Source: a virus
DNA length: 64,000 bases
Direction: 5' to 3' (one strand)
IMG/VR virus record: IMGVR_UViG_3300022407_006250
Coordinates: 36,786-100,785 of that record
Shown one piece after another: positions 10,762-22,151 of this stretch; positions within the stretch are counted from its first letter, which is position 1; every line of letters starts with the position of its first letter. A program made the position numbers and the translations under genes. The notes below the pieces were generated by a model. The model ran no database searches, was not told where the DNA came from, and worked only from the letters and a program-made list of their open reading frames with translations.

Positions 10762-10841
10762 GGCTCTGAAGCTTAAGGCCTTGTATAAGCACACGACTCA
10801 TAATCGTAAGATAGCGGGGACGATGCCCGCGGGAGCCACCA
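10762..10841 (+). tRNA. tRNA-Ile2(CAT), atypical
   Basis: ACGA-CTCATAA-TCGT anticodon arm typical of Ile2, GGCTC/GAGCC acceptor, ACCA end; T-loop GACGATG is non-canonical; next to tilS. Confidence 0.8.
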
Positions 10842-10847
10842 GTACCC

Positions 10848-10879
10848 TGCTCGACTACTAAAAAGTAGTCGAGCATTTT
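10848..10879 (+). terminator. Terminator hairpin after tRNA-Ile2
   Basis: TGCTCGACTACT-AAAA-AGTAGTCGAGCA-TTTT. Confidence 0.75.
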
Positions 10880-10917
10880 GGTTAACAGATAACTTACTTT
10901 AAAAGATAATCCTCATC

Positions 10918-11520
10918 ATGCAAGTACTAAAAACCTTACACGATCATGTGGCAGTAGCAGTATCGGGCGGAGTCGATAGTTTAGTGCTGTTGCATTGGTT
11001 AAGCCAGCGAAGACAAGTCACAGCCGTGCACTACCAGCATGATAGTGATTTTGCAGAACAAGAGTACGTGTTTGTGGCTGAGTTTTGCCAAATTCGCGGC
11101 ATCAACCTAATTACACAAACTCAACGACCCACACCACGACCGGGTCTTAGTCAGGAAGAATACTGGCGGCGTGGCCGCTATGAGTTTTTTAAAAGTGTTT
11201 CTCTGCCGGTATGCACTGGTCACACACTGGATGATGCAGTAGAGTGGTATTTGTTTTCTGCTCTTAACGGGCAGGGGCATTACATGGAATATAGCCATGC
11301 TAATGTGGTTAGACCATTTCTTATCACAAGAAAATCCAAACTAGTCGAATACGCCATTTCTAATCATGTTGAATGGTTAGAAGATACTTCAAACAGCAAT
11401 GTTGATTTTGCTGTGAGAAATCGTATTAGGCATGAAATCATGCCAGCCGCACTCAAGGTCAATCCAGGCTTGTATAACATGGTTAGAAAACGAATTGTTA
11501 AAAAGGTAAACAGTGTTTAA
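10918..11520 (+). CDS. tilS: tRNA(Ile)-lysidine synthetase, catalytic domain only
   Basis: PP-loop AVSGGVDS, RYEFF, GHTLDDAVE, RPFL, WLEDTSN, RNRIRH. Confidence 0.88.
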   Translation: MQVLKTLHDHVAVAVSGGVDSLVLLHWLSQRRQVTAVHYQHDSDFAEQEYVFVAEFCQIRGINLITQTQRPTPRPGLSQEEYWRRGRYEFFKSVSLPVCTGHTLDDAVEWYLFSALNGQGHYMEYSHANVVRPFLITRKSKLVEYAISNHVEWLEDTSNSNVDFAVRNRIRHEIMPAALKVNPGLYNMVRKRIVKKVNSV

Positions 11521-11802
11521 CATTAATCAACCCGCTATCCGCCGTTGACAACAAATAAAAATTTTGTTATAATATTAATTATGGTAATTAACAAAGACCA
11601 AAATCTCTCCCAAGAAAGTTCACTTGTATTCAATCTTATCTGTGACAGGATTGAATCTTTGGTAGCCAGTGGGGTAACTGCGGAACGAACAAACGATATA
11701 GTTGTTGACTCCTTAATGTTAGAATACTATTCAAACTATTATCTCAATATTGTCAAAACATCTATTAAAGAACCAAAGTAACTGTTATTGGTCAATGAGT
11801 AA

Positions 11803-12084
11803 ATGTATTACATATTGTTGCACCCACTGCGAAAAGAAGATTTTGACTTCTTAAACTCAACCAGTATTGAACTCAATATCTGCAATACTTTTACAGCAGA
11901 TGCCGATGATAGCGTAGCAGATAGTGGTTGGTGCAACACGGTACCTAGCGCACGCCGGATTGGCACAGATAATATGATAGTATTCATGCCGGCCAATGAT
12001 GAGGAGCATACCTTGCTGTTGTTAAAATTTGGCGATAGATTGATTCCCAGCAATCTACGTAAAACAAATAAACTCACATCTTGA
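11803..12084 (+). CDS. Hypothetical protein
   Basis: ORF; C-terminal LLLKF motif like the 7.1-8.1 kb family. Confidence 0.55.
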   Translation: MYYILLHPLRKEDFDFLNSTSIELNICNTFTADADDSVADSGWCNTVPSARRIGTDNMIVFMPANDEEHTLLLLKFGDRLIPSNLRKTNKLTS

Positions 12085-12091
12085 GCGATCT

Positions 12092-12841
12092 ATGATTCCA
12101 AAAATTATACATCAGACCTTTCCTACCAAACAAATTGCAGTTCCCGTTTTTGAAAACATTACACGATTAAAAAACTCGAACCCGGGATGGGAATATCGAT
12201 TCTATGATGATGCAGCAATAGAAAAGTTTATTGCTGAAAACTACGACGCTACGGTTTTGTCTGCGTACAGCAGTATCAATCCACTCTACGGTGCTGCTAG
12301 GGCCGACTTGTTTAGGTACCTGCTGATGTACAAGGCGGGCGGTGTATACTTGGATATCAAAAGCACTTGCGAACAGCCGTTTGATAATTTTATACGTGAT
12401 AGCGATGAATACATCCTATCACACTGGTCAAGTTTAAACTGTAAAAATGCATTACGTCACCCGTACTGGGGCGCAGGGCATCATCCAGATATTGATCACT
12501 TGATACATGGTGAATTTGTACAGTGGATGATAATTGCCGCACCCGGGCATCCATTCCTAAAAGCCGTGATTGATCAGACATTAAAGAATATTGACGCTTA
12601 TACATCAGCATCAGGGACAGGAAAGGTAGCAGTTTTAAAGCTGACTGGGCCAATCATGTATACATTAACAATTGAAAAATTATTGTCCACTGCACCATAT
12701 CGAATGATTGAATCATATGATGAGGGCATTCGATACAGCATCTTTGACAAAAAGGTATCCCGCGTGCACAAAGATCATTTGACCCTTTTTTCCAATCATT
12801 ACTCAGTACAAACCGCACCCATCGTCTTGACAGCAACGTAA
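12092..12841 (+). CDS. Glycosyltransferase, GT32/OCH1-like
   Basis: MIPKIIHQT, NPGWEY, ADLFRY, GGVYLDI, LTGP. Confidence 0.88.
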   Translation: MIPKIIHQTFPTKQIAVPVFENITRLKNSNPGWEYRFYDDAAIEKFIAENYDATVLSAYSSINPLYGAARADLFRYLLMYKAGGVYLDIKSTCEQPFDNFIRDSDEYILSHWSSLNCKNALRHPYWGAGHHPDIDHLIHGEFVQWMIIAAPGHPFLKAVIDQTLKNIDAYTSASGTGKVAVLKLTGPIMYTLTIEKLLSTAPYRMIESYDEGIRYSIFDKKVSRVHKDHLTLFSNHYSVQTAPIVLTAT

Positions 12842-12962
12842 TTTTGTACTATAATTACCGTACCGTGTGAAGGTGCGCGAGTGCAGGCAATGCCAATAAG
12901 ACCTGCCCCGTTTTTAATCCCGGGAGTGTTTTATGAAATACAATCCAAAACGGAGTTGACAA

Positions 12963-14974
12963 ATGAATCAACGAACCAAAAGACAAAAAATTAATGACCT
13001 CAGAAAAGAACTCATGCAAAAATATGAGTATATGCGTTGTGCCAATTTGATAGAATTTAATCAACGGATAGTATGGCTTAGTGAAGGTATGTTAAAAAAT
13101 CACATAAAAACAGGCGGTCATATAATTAATATGGACGAAATTGAACTGTATCAAGATTTTAAAGAAAAAGAAAAGAATATAAAAAACGGTGTTGATGTAT
13201 GAACTCACTCAAAATTACTCAAATTATAACAGCAACTGATGCTTGGTGTGATCAAAATTTACCAGCCAATTGGTGTGATCAAGTGGATCAATATCTTCCG
13301 GTTTGGAATGAAAAGTTTGCAGAATTAATTGTTCGGGAATGTGCTGATGTGGCCGCTGACGTTGTTGTTGAACGTGAAGGTGTAGAGTTTGGTTTGGTAG
13401 CAGCCTGTTATCAACATTTTGGAATTGAGCAATGATCAAACAGGCCGACAGGCAACAATCAACAGTATGGCATATAGGCACTGCACCCATTGGTGAAGAT
13501 TTAGTAGTTAAACTAACTTGCGGTTCCGTTCTTGTAGATGCTGTTCGTCAGTATGATGGCAGCTGGTGGTGGTGTCCGCCCAGGGCCAAAGGTGTTTTCT
13601 TCAATCAAGAGCAAGTGTTGTGCTGGCACAAGTAAGGATCAAAATGTATAATCATAAAAAAGTAATGCAAGATGCACTAGAGTTTTTAAATTCTATTGAT
13701 AACACACTAACAAACACGCAGTGGCATCGAGCACAAGACGTAAAAGATTCTCTTGAAGAGCTGCTAAAGCAGCCCGATACGGAACAGTTTTGCGATGACA
13801 ACTGTGTTTGGACCGATCACCATCCCGATTGCGATCTTGCAAAGACCGAGACTGACAGTGTGAATAATCATCTCAATGACCTAATGTATCTTTCGGGGCT
13901 TACTGCACAGGGCTCATGGGATGCCATGGATTCTTATGATAAGGAATGCGTTCAACGATTTGCCAAACTAATTATTGACAAATGCCTAGACCAATGTTAC
14001 TATAATGGCATGAATGATGAATTGTATGAGGGTCAGCTAAGGGCTGCGTATTACATAAGAAATCACTTTGGAGTCGACGATGGGGTGTTATAATGTATAA
14101 TGTTGACCTAAAGAAAAAGTTTCAAGATTACTTGCATGATCTAGAAGGGTACTCTTTTCGAATTGAAAGATTTGACGCTGAGTGTGACTCCGGTATTATG
14201 AACAACAAGAGAGTTTTAGAATGGATGGAGGCAGCATTTTTTGCAGGTGCTAACACAATGGCACAAGATACGCTGGACACGCTGGGCGATTACGGCACAT
14301 CACTTGCTGGAATTAATGAAGTTTGTTATACTCGTACGCAGGCATTTGATATTGCTGCGGATAATTTAAAGATGTACTACAATATAGTGCTAAAGGATGA
14401 AGAATGAAACCAACCAAAGTATCAATACAGCAGGTGTTGAGTGATGACATGACCAATCCCTTCTGGAGTTCAATTCTGAACAGTCCCAACTACGCCGGGT
14501 TTGAGCAGGAAATCAACCACATAATTGATCAGAGTCAACAGCATGGTAAACCCTATGCGGATATTGACGCGGACAAACTCAAATGAATGAACGAATCCTA
14601 GAATTGGCCAAACAAGCGGGTCTCAAGAAAGAACACGGTGCTGATCGTGAGTATATGGGTGACTTTGATTGGCGTGAGTTTGCTGAGTTGATTGTGAAAG
14701 AATGTGTTGTGGTTGCCGATCATTCAAATGTAACTGGTAAAAGTATTATTGGTGAACGGATTCGAGAACATTTCGGAGTCAAATAATGATCTATTGTAAA
14801 GACTGTAAATACTTTGATCAATATCGCTGGCCGCCAAATGAGTGGATGGGTGTCTGCGAGCTTGTTCTTCCGCCGTGGGTACCTATATCGGAAACTAATA
14901 GTCGCTGTGTAAGTGACGACGACGGGTGCAGTTTAGGCGCGCCCCGTGTACCAATATTGTTATCTCCTATTTAA
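12963..14974 (+). CDS. Run of short overlapping hypothetical genes (12963, 13199, 13432, 13646, 14093, 14404, 14583, 14786)
   Basis: ATGA/TAATG coupling; three carry the FAELIV.EC...HFG module. Confidence 0.65.
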
Positions 14975-15020
14975 ACAGATATTCTTGACTTTGTAATGTG
15001 CGGCCTGTTATAATAATAGA

Positions 15021-15851
15021 ATGTTGACTACGCCTCTCAAAATTTCGCTGTGTTCAGACCTCCATCTAGAGTTTGACTATCAAGAACTTCCGGGTGGAGA
15101 AGTATTGATCCTTGCTGGTGATATTGCCGAAGCTCGCAGCATCCGAAAGGATCATCACAGCACCAAACTCGTTCAAGATACCCCGAACACTGTCTATCGT
15201 TGTTCAGAGTTCTTCAAATGGGAATGTGCCAAGTATGAAAAAGTGTTTTATGTTTTAGGAAATCACGAATTTTATCACGGCCGGTTTGATAAGACGTACA
15301 ATGAACTCAAAGCATTGATGCCGGCCAATGTCACTGTGCTGGAGGACCAGGTTGAGGAATATCGTGGTGTCATGTTTATGGGCAGTACCTTGTGGACTGA
15401 TCTAAACAAGAATGACAATCTAACAGCATTTCATCTCAAACAATGTATGAATGATTATAAAGTCATTCAAAACCATTATGTGACTAGAGATGTTTATCAC
15501 AAGCTAATTCCGGAGCATACTGCAGGTGTACACCGCAAAACTCGTCAATACTTTGAATTCATACTCCGGGAACATCGGCACAAACCATTTGTAGTAATCA
15601 CACATCATGCACCCACTTATGAGAGCATTAGCAAAAAATACAAGTATGATTACTTGATGAATGGTGGTTATGCTAGCGATCTCAGTGACTTAATTTTAGA
15701 TAACGAAAATATCAAATTTTGGGTCCATGGGCACATCCATGATGCGGTTGATTATATGGTAGGTTCAACAAGGGTGTTATCTAATCCTCGAGGTTATTCG
15801 GGGCACGAAGATATGACAAAATTTAATCCAGCTTTTACATTTGAGGTATAA
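15021..15851 (+). CDS. Calcineurin-like metallophosphoesterase
   Basis: SDLHLE, LAGD, GNHE, THHAP, HGHIH, NPRGY. Confidence 0.9.
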   Translation: MLTTPLKISLCSDLHLEFDYQELPGGEVLILAGDIAEARSIRKDHHSTKLVQDTPNTVYRCSEFFKWECAKYEKVFYVLGNHEFYHGRFDKTYNELKALMPANVTVLEDQVEEYRGVMFMGSTLWTDLNKNDNLTAFHLKQCMNDYKVIQNHYVTRDVYHKLIPEHTAGVHRKTRQYFEFILREHRHKPFVVITHHAPTYESISKKYKYDYLMNGGYASDLSDLILDNENIKFWVHGHIHDAVDYMVGSTRVLSNPRGYSGHEDMTKFNPAFTFEV

Positions 15852-16659
15852 TTATGACAAATGCAGAACTGGTTGAAAATTTAAAAATTGCTAGCGAGCA
15901 ATACAAAGACGATGTTCCTCTATCAATTTTATTGGCTACGGCAGCTGACAAAATTGAAAATATAATTATTGATCTTGACGACGAAGTATATCAGTGAAGT
16001 ATTGTAATTATTGGACTAGGAAAGATAAACATGATTGAAATGCGATGGCTTGTCAAGCGTAATATAACTACACAGACAGGCAATATTGATAATAGCAAGA
16101 GAGTATTGCAATATCGCGAGCAATACCATTTATCCGAACGTGTGGACTCACAATTATACAGGGTGTCGGCATGGAGCGACTGGAAAGATGTGCCCGAGTA
16201 TATGGAGGAAACTGAATATGAATAGTAAAATTTCTGCGGATAAGATTGACTATGTTGACGAATACGACACAATTAAATACGGCACATTGAATACTTCCAC
16301 AACTATAGAAAATTGCGCCTATTGTCTTGACGAAGCCTTGCATTGCTGTTATAATTACTTGTGTTCGGGCTGTGGTACACGACTATTAGATCGTGTCAAT
16401 GAATTCAAGAATAAAGAAGTCTAGCATGAAAAAATTAAGAACTGTTCCGGCCCACAAGACTGTGGCAGATGGATTTTGTAGCATGTGCGAGCAACCAGTG
16501 CTAACTGATCCCAGTTTTCAATATTGCGATGATGAATGTAGAATGTTTGCATTTCGATATTATTTCGATCTTAAAGATAAGAGCGAAGATAATCACAACA
16601 ATGACTGGGTGCCCAATAGTATCCCGGATGATATTTAACTCACGTACTCAAAAGCAAAA

Positions 16660-16962
16660 ATGGCTTATCCAACTCTAGTGGCTACAGTATTTGATCGCCG
16701 CGGTCGAGTTTTGAGTTCAGGAACTAATTTTCCTAAAAAAACTCATCCTGTCCAGGCCGCTCATGCACTTCGGGCCGGGCTACCTGATAAACTTTTCCTA
16801 CATGCTGAAATTTCAGCTCTGGTCAAGATTCGAAACGGCATTCCTTTTAAGATTAAAATTGAACGTTATGGCAAGGATGGTCGACCATTGCTGGCCAAAC
16901 CATGTCCAATTTGCCAATTGGCTATTATGGAAGCTGGCATTAAACACGTGGAGCATACATGA
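16660..16962 (+). CDS. Cytidine/dCMP deaminase-like zinc protein
   Basis: HAE and PCxxC (KPCPIC). Confidence 0.8.
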   Translation: MAYPTLVATVFDRRGRVLSSGTNFPKKTHPVQAAHALRAGLPDKLFLHAEISALVKIRNGIPFKIKIERYGKDGRPLLAKPCPICQLAIMEAGIKHVEHT

Positions 16963-17587
16963 ACATGGCAGACCTAGAACAGGCAGCACGTCTTGCACGA
17001 TATGCACTAGATTGGATTCGGGATGATATTGTGAATGAAAGCGATTATGATCTTGTAGACAATGCTATCCAGTCTCTTGATGCTGCACTTGATGGCAACA
17101 AAACGGAGTTTAACAATGTTGAATGAAAATGCACTTAGGATTCTCAATCAAGCATGTGAATTTGCCTATATGAATTGTGATAGAGATGTGACCCCGGGTG
17201 TATGGGATAGTCTCTTTGCTGGTAAATTTTTTGAGTTAACTGTGCGAGAGTGTATGAGCATTGCTGACCTACCACTCAGCCCTTGTGGCAATTGGAAGCA
17301 CCTGACATCGTCTGAAGTTATTGCTGCACATTTCGGAGTTGACAAATGAACGAACATATTCGAGCAGCATTTGAAGAAATTACTGCTCCCAGTTTTGGTC
17401 ACGAGGTAAGTTACCCTAGAAAAAAGAATGGTAAATACGAAGACGACACAATTGAAGATCATTGGCAAACCTTTCAGGAAGGCTGGGAGGCCGGCGTTGA
17501 GTATTTAAAGAATAAACACAATCCAAAATACAGTGATATTATCAGCGATGGCGGATTTGATCCAAGGTGAAATGCCGAAGAAAAACT

Positions 17588-18382
17588 ATGACAAAAATTT
17601 TAAATGATAAAGACTGGAAGAGTCTACAACAACAATTTCAATCAAGTAAACCATTCAATCATGTAGTAATCGATGATTTTTTTACACATGATACACTAAA
17701 TGCACTAATTACTGAATTTCCTGCATACAACTCCGATGTTTGGAACGCCTATTACAACAATGCAATTGAAAATAAAAAAGCCTGTAACAGCTGGGATAAG
17801 TTTCCGGATACCACTTACTCTGTTTTTTATTACCTTTGCAGTGATGTGTTCAAAGACATTGTTTCAGATATTACCGGTAATAATGAAATACAAGCAGATT
17901 TTGGATTGCACGGAGGTGGGTGGCATGCCCATGCTACCAACGGTAAACTAAACATACATCTTGATTACAGCATACACCCCAAACTACAACTTGAGCGGCA
18001 TTACAATCTTATTGTGTATCTTACACCAGATTGGCTTCCCGAATGGAATGGTGGTTTGGAATTGTGGAGTCACGATGAAGCGACAGGCTGTGCAAAAGAT
18101 CAAGAAGTTTTGATTGAAAATAAATTTAATCGTGCTGTGCTATTTGATACGACACAAAATTCCTGGCATGGCCTTCCGGGAAATCTTTCTTGTCCACAGG
18201 GTATTGAGAGACATAGTTTAGCAGTTTATTATGTTACTGAGCCTGCTCCCAACGCTGACCAGCGTGGTAAGGCATTGTTTGTACCGTACGGAGAACAGGC
18301 CAATGATCCTGCGGTGTTAGAATTAATTCAAAAACGTAGCCAGATATCAACTGCCAAACAAGTATATAGAGATCAAACATGA
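17588..18382 (+). CDS. 2OG-Fe(II) oxygenase
   Basis: PFNHVVIDDF, HGGG, HLD (HxD), GGLELW, FNRAVLF, SWHG, R.S. Confidence 0.88.
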   Translation: MTKILNDKDWKSLQQQFQSSKPFNHVVIDDFFTHDTLNALITEFPAYNSDVWNAYYNNAIENKKACNSWDKFPDTTYSVFYYLCSDVFKDIVSDITGNNEIQADFGLHGGGWHAHATNGKLNIHLDYSIHPKLQLERHYNLIVYLTPDWLPEWNGGLELWSHDEATGCAKDQEVLIENKFNRAVLFDTTQNSWHGLPGNLSCPQGIERHSLAVYYVTEPAPNADQRGKALFVPYGEQANDPAVLELIQKRSQISTAKQVYRDQT

Positions 18383-19805
18383 ATGAAATTAAGGTTCTTT
18401 GTAAAGATTGCAAGTATTTTAAGGAAGGCAAGACCTCTAGTTCCGATCTTTGCGTTCATCCATCATCCGAACTTGAAACATGCCCGGTATATGGTACCGT
18501 CAGCTTTCATACTGCAATTGCCATGAGAACAGCTCTTTCAAAATGCCGCAGTACAGGTAAATATTTTGAACCAAAGACATCCTGGTTTAATAAACTATTC
18601 GGGAGAACATTATGCAAGATAAGAAAACTTTTGAATTGACGCAAGATCAAATCAACGTTATAATTATACAAGATCTTAAAGAGCAATTGATCTTGGAAGC
18701 GTCTTTGAGATTACATCATGATCAATCAGAATTTTTTGATTCATATTCGTTTGTATTAAAACAATACATGACTGAACGCGAATATAAAGCCTTTATCAAA
18801 CAACTTAAATAAATCATGAATATTCACTCGCAAAAGAAACATTGCTTTGGTGCTGAGACCCTGGACGAAGTAGCTGAAACAGTAATTGCGATTCTTAATA
18901 AAAAATCAAATAATTGTGTTTTGGGATTTTCCTGGGACCTAAAGCGAGAAGAAAAAATAAATAACAGTCACTCTGCACCATTGAGTGGTGTTATCAATTG
19001 GTCAAGGCGTGATCCACATGCACCCGCTGGTTATCCGGGTTGGCAAGGCAGAGTTTGGGTCCGTTATAAGGTTGAACCTAGATATTCCGGTTGGGAAACT
19101 TTTGCTGGTACTCGAACACACGTAGGGACTGGCGGATTTGGATCTTATGCAGGGCCTTGGGCAGCAGTAGGCCAAAAAAGATACGATATGCATGTTCGTA
19201 AAAAATCTGCAAACATACCAAAAATTTGTTACTATTCGTGGGATTATCGTATTTTTGAATCTGATTGGCCTGAGCTTGCATTAAATTATCAAAGAGAGAA
19301 AATGTGGCAACGACTGGGTGGGCCACCCAGTTTGTTAAAATCGCACCGTTACCTCTTTGAAGATGCTGCTACCAAAAAGCAAGATGATGTTTTTCTCAAA
19401 ACTGAGATTGAATGTTTGACTGTTTAAAAAGATATAAGGGGAAATTAAATGACAGATGATTTAGACGAAGATGGACATCCTACCGACGCTGCACTAGCAA
19501 AAATTGAATCTTTCTCATATAAGGATGATTATAATGACCTAATGCAATATATTAAGAGTATGTGGTGGATGCCTTCATTTGGATGGAGGCAGAGTGAGCC
19601 TGTTGTAGATTTTTATACGCCTCTCAGTGGCAAAATGTCTAAAAGAACCAAAACTCGATATACTCTTTCTACCGGTGGATGGAGCGGTAACGAAAGTATC
19701 ATGCATAGTTTACAGCAAAATAAATTGTTTTGGTCCACGTGTTGGGTAAGCAGTTGCCGCGGCGGACATTACGAATTAGAAATTGTAAATGTAATAATTA
19801 TGTAA
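18379..19805 (+). CDS. Hypothetical proteins (18379-18639, 18612-18812, 18816-19427, 19449-19805)
   Basis: Tightly packed co-directional ORFs. Confidence 0.6.
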
Positions 19806-19840
19806 TTTTTAAAAAACCATAGAACGGTAAATACTAGAGC

Positions 19841-20626
19841 ATGAAAGCAACTAATAATTATCGTAGTATATTTATTTCAGATTGTCACCTAGGCTCGCGT
19901 GATTGCAAGGCCGAATCACTTATTAATTTTCTTAAAAATAATTCCTGTGATACACTTTATTTGGTAGGTGATATCATAGATGGCTGGAAAATTACACAGA
20001 ACAAGTGGAAGTGGAAACAGAGTCATACCAATGTAATTCAACGAATACTTGGTCATGCTAAAAAAGGTACCAGAGTGGTATATGTGGCAGGAAATCATGA
20101 TGAATTTTTACGTCCAATGATACCTTACAGTGTTACTTTTGGATTGATAGAAATTCATAATCAAATTGAACATATGGGTGCCGATGGTAGACGATATCTT
20201 GTTACACACGGAGATTTATTTGATGGCATTACACGAATAGCACCCTGGATCAGTTTCCTCGGGGATAAGGCCTATGATTTTGTACTGTCACTCAATAATA
20301 AGTTCAATTGGGTACGTCGTCGATTTGGATTTGGCTACTGGTCTCTAAGTAGATATCTCAAAGGTCGTATAAAAAAAGCTGTAGATTTTATATTTCAATT
20401 TGAAAAAAATCTAGCCGGCTATTGTAAGAAACGCGGTTTTGATGGTGTGATTTGTGGTCATATACACTCGGCCGAAATAAAACTAATAGACGGTGTTACC
20501 TACATGAATGATGGTGACTGGGTGGAAAGTTGCACAGCCCTTGTGGAGCATTACAACGGGCATTGGGAAATAGTAACCTGGACAATCGAAGAAGATGAAA
20601 AAAAAGATATTAATAATAACAGATAA
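19841..20626 (+). CDS. LpxH/PlcP-like metallophosphoesterase (probable phospholipase C)
   Basis: ISDCHLG, LVGDIIDGW, GNHDE, HGD, CGHIH, NDGDWVES; TAAATA at 19828. Confidence 0.82.
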   Translation: MKATNNYRSIFISDCHLGSRDCKAESLINFLKNNSCDTLYLVGDIIDGWKITQNKWKWKQSHTNVIQRILGHAKKGTRVVYVAGNHDEFLRPMIPYSVTFGLIEIHNQIEHMGADGRRYLVTHGDLFDGITRIAPWISFLGDKAYDFVLSLNNKFNWVRRRFGFGYWSLSRYLKGRIKKAVDFIFQFEKNLAGYCKKRGFDGVICGHIHSAEIKLIDGVTYMNDGDWVESCTALVEHYNGHWEIVTWTIEEDEKKDINNNR

Positions 20627-21590
20627 TCTTAAAAATCAAATTAATGGTGTCGTCACAACGTTCAAAAATATCGAGATACACGCAAGTGATGACGGGTACG
20701 ATATTGTTTATATTGATCCCGGGCAGTTCCCTTATATTAATGCTCCTGGTTATCCTGAAGTTAAACTCAGTTGGCCACGCGGCATTGGCAAGAAGATTGA
20801 AGCGGTGGGGGCTGATCACATACATATTGCTACGGAGGGGCCTATTGGCCTTGCTGCGCGTATTTGGCTAGACCGTCGCGGTCTTGAGTATAATACTTCT
20901 TATCATACCAAGTTTCCTGAGTTCTTAAAAAAGATTTATAAGGTGCCCATGTGGGCAACTTACTGGTATGTGAGATGGTTCCACAAGCATAGTGGTCGTG
21001 TGCTAACCACCACAGACACAATGGTTGACGATCTTAAAGCGCATGGCTTTAAAGGAGATATTATTCCGTGGACTCGCGGTGTAGATCGAGACATATTTCA
21101 AAGTGACCTACGTGGAACCACTGTGGCTGGTCGCCCCATATTGCTCAGTGTAGGTCGAATTAGTAAAGAAAAAGGGCTCGATGACTTTTGTAATTTGAAC
21201 TATCCCGGAGCCACCAAAATTGTAGTTGGAGATGGACCGTACTTGAATGATTTAAAAAAGCGATATCCAGATATTGTTTTTACTGGAGCTAAGACGGGTA
21301 CAAATCTAGCAAGATACTTTGCACAAGCAGACGTATTTGTTTTTACCAGCCGAAACGATACATTCGGTGTAGTAATTATTGAAGCACTGGCAGTGGGAAC
21401 ACCGGTAGCTGCATATCCTGTTCCCGGTCCGTTAGATATTATTACCCAAGGCGTAACCGGATATCTAGATCAGGACTTGATCCAAGCTATCAATCAATGT
21501 TTGTTGTTGGACAGACAACAAGTAGAAGAACATAGCCAGGAATGGAGTTGGGGCAACTGCTGGAATATCTTTAAAGAAAATCTTATATAA
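20595..21590 (+). CDS. GT4 family glycosyltransferase (Agt-like)
   Basis: Q.NGVV.T, HIATEGPIG, VGRISKEK, DTFGVVIIEALA.G.PV. Confidence 0.88.
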   Translation: MKKKILIITDNLKNQINGVVTTFKNIEIHASDDGYDIVYIDPGQFPYINAPGYPEVKLSWPRGIGKKIEAVGADHIHIATEGPIGLAARIWLDRRGLEYNTSYHTKFPEFLKKIYKVPMWATYWYVRWFHKHSGRVLTTTDTMVDDLKAHGFKGDIIPWTRGVDRDIFQSDLRGTTVAGRPILLSVGRISKEKGLDDFCNLNYPGATKIVVGDGPYLNDLKKRYPDIVFTGAKTGTNLARYFAQADVFVFTSRNDTFGVVIIEALAVGTPVAAYPVPGPLDIITQGVTGYLDQDLIQAINQCLLLDRQQVEEHSQEWSWGNCWNIFKENLI

Positions 21591-21662
21591 TATTTTGCAT
21601 TAATCACTTGACTCTTGATTACGGCTCTAATATAATTTATTCTATAAGTATTGGAGCAGTCA

Positions 21663-22145
21663 ATGATTAACTGTATTGTTGCAGTAGAAAAAAATCAAGG
21701 CATAGGATTTGAGGGTTCCATGCCTTGGCCTCATCTCAAACACGACATGAAATGGTTCAAGCAATTGTCCATGGGCCATATTATCATTATGGGCTCAACT
21801 ACATGGCTTGGATTGGGGCGATCACTGCCCGGGCGTGTTAACATTGTGCTTTCCAAAAATCACAGTTGTGCAGGTGCAGATCATGTATTTTTTGATACAG
21901 AGACTGCACTTGATTTTTGTGAAATTGAATATCCAGATCTAGAAATTTTTATTATTGGCGGGCAAGCAATTTACGAACAGTACATGGGCATAATTGACAC
22001 ATTCTATGTTACAGAAATTGATGCCGATTACGAATGTGATAAATTTTTCAATCTAGATTATGTTCGTAAAAATTGTCGCAAGACTGTGGTGCATGAAACA
22101 CACATGGACACAGTCAACTACAAGATGGTCGAATATTCCTACTAA
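21663..22145 (+). CDS. folA: Dihydrofolate reductase
   Basis: IVAV..N.GIG, MPWP, IMG..TW, LPGR.NIVLS, FIIGG..IY. Confidence 0.92.
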   Translation: MINCIVAVEKNQGIGFEGSMPWPHLKHDMKWFKQLSMGHIIIMGSTTWLGLGRSLPGRVNIVLSKNHSCAGADHVFFDTETALDFCEIEYPDLEIFIIGGQAIYEQYMGIIDTFYVTEIDADYECDKFFNLDYVRKNCRKTVVHETHMDTVNYKMVEYSY

Positions 22146-22151
22146 AATCAA

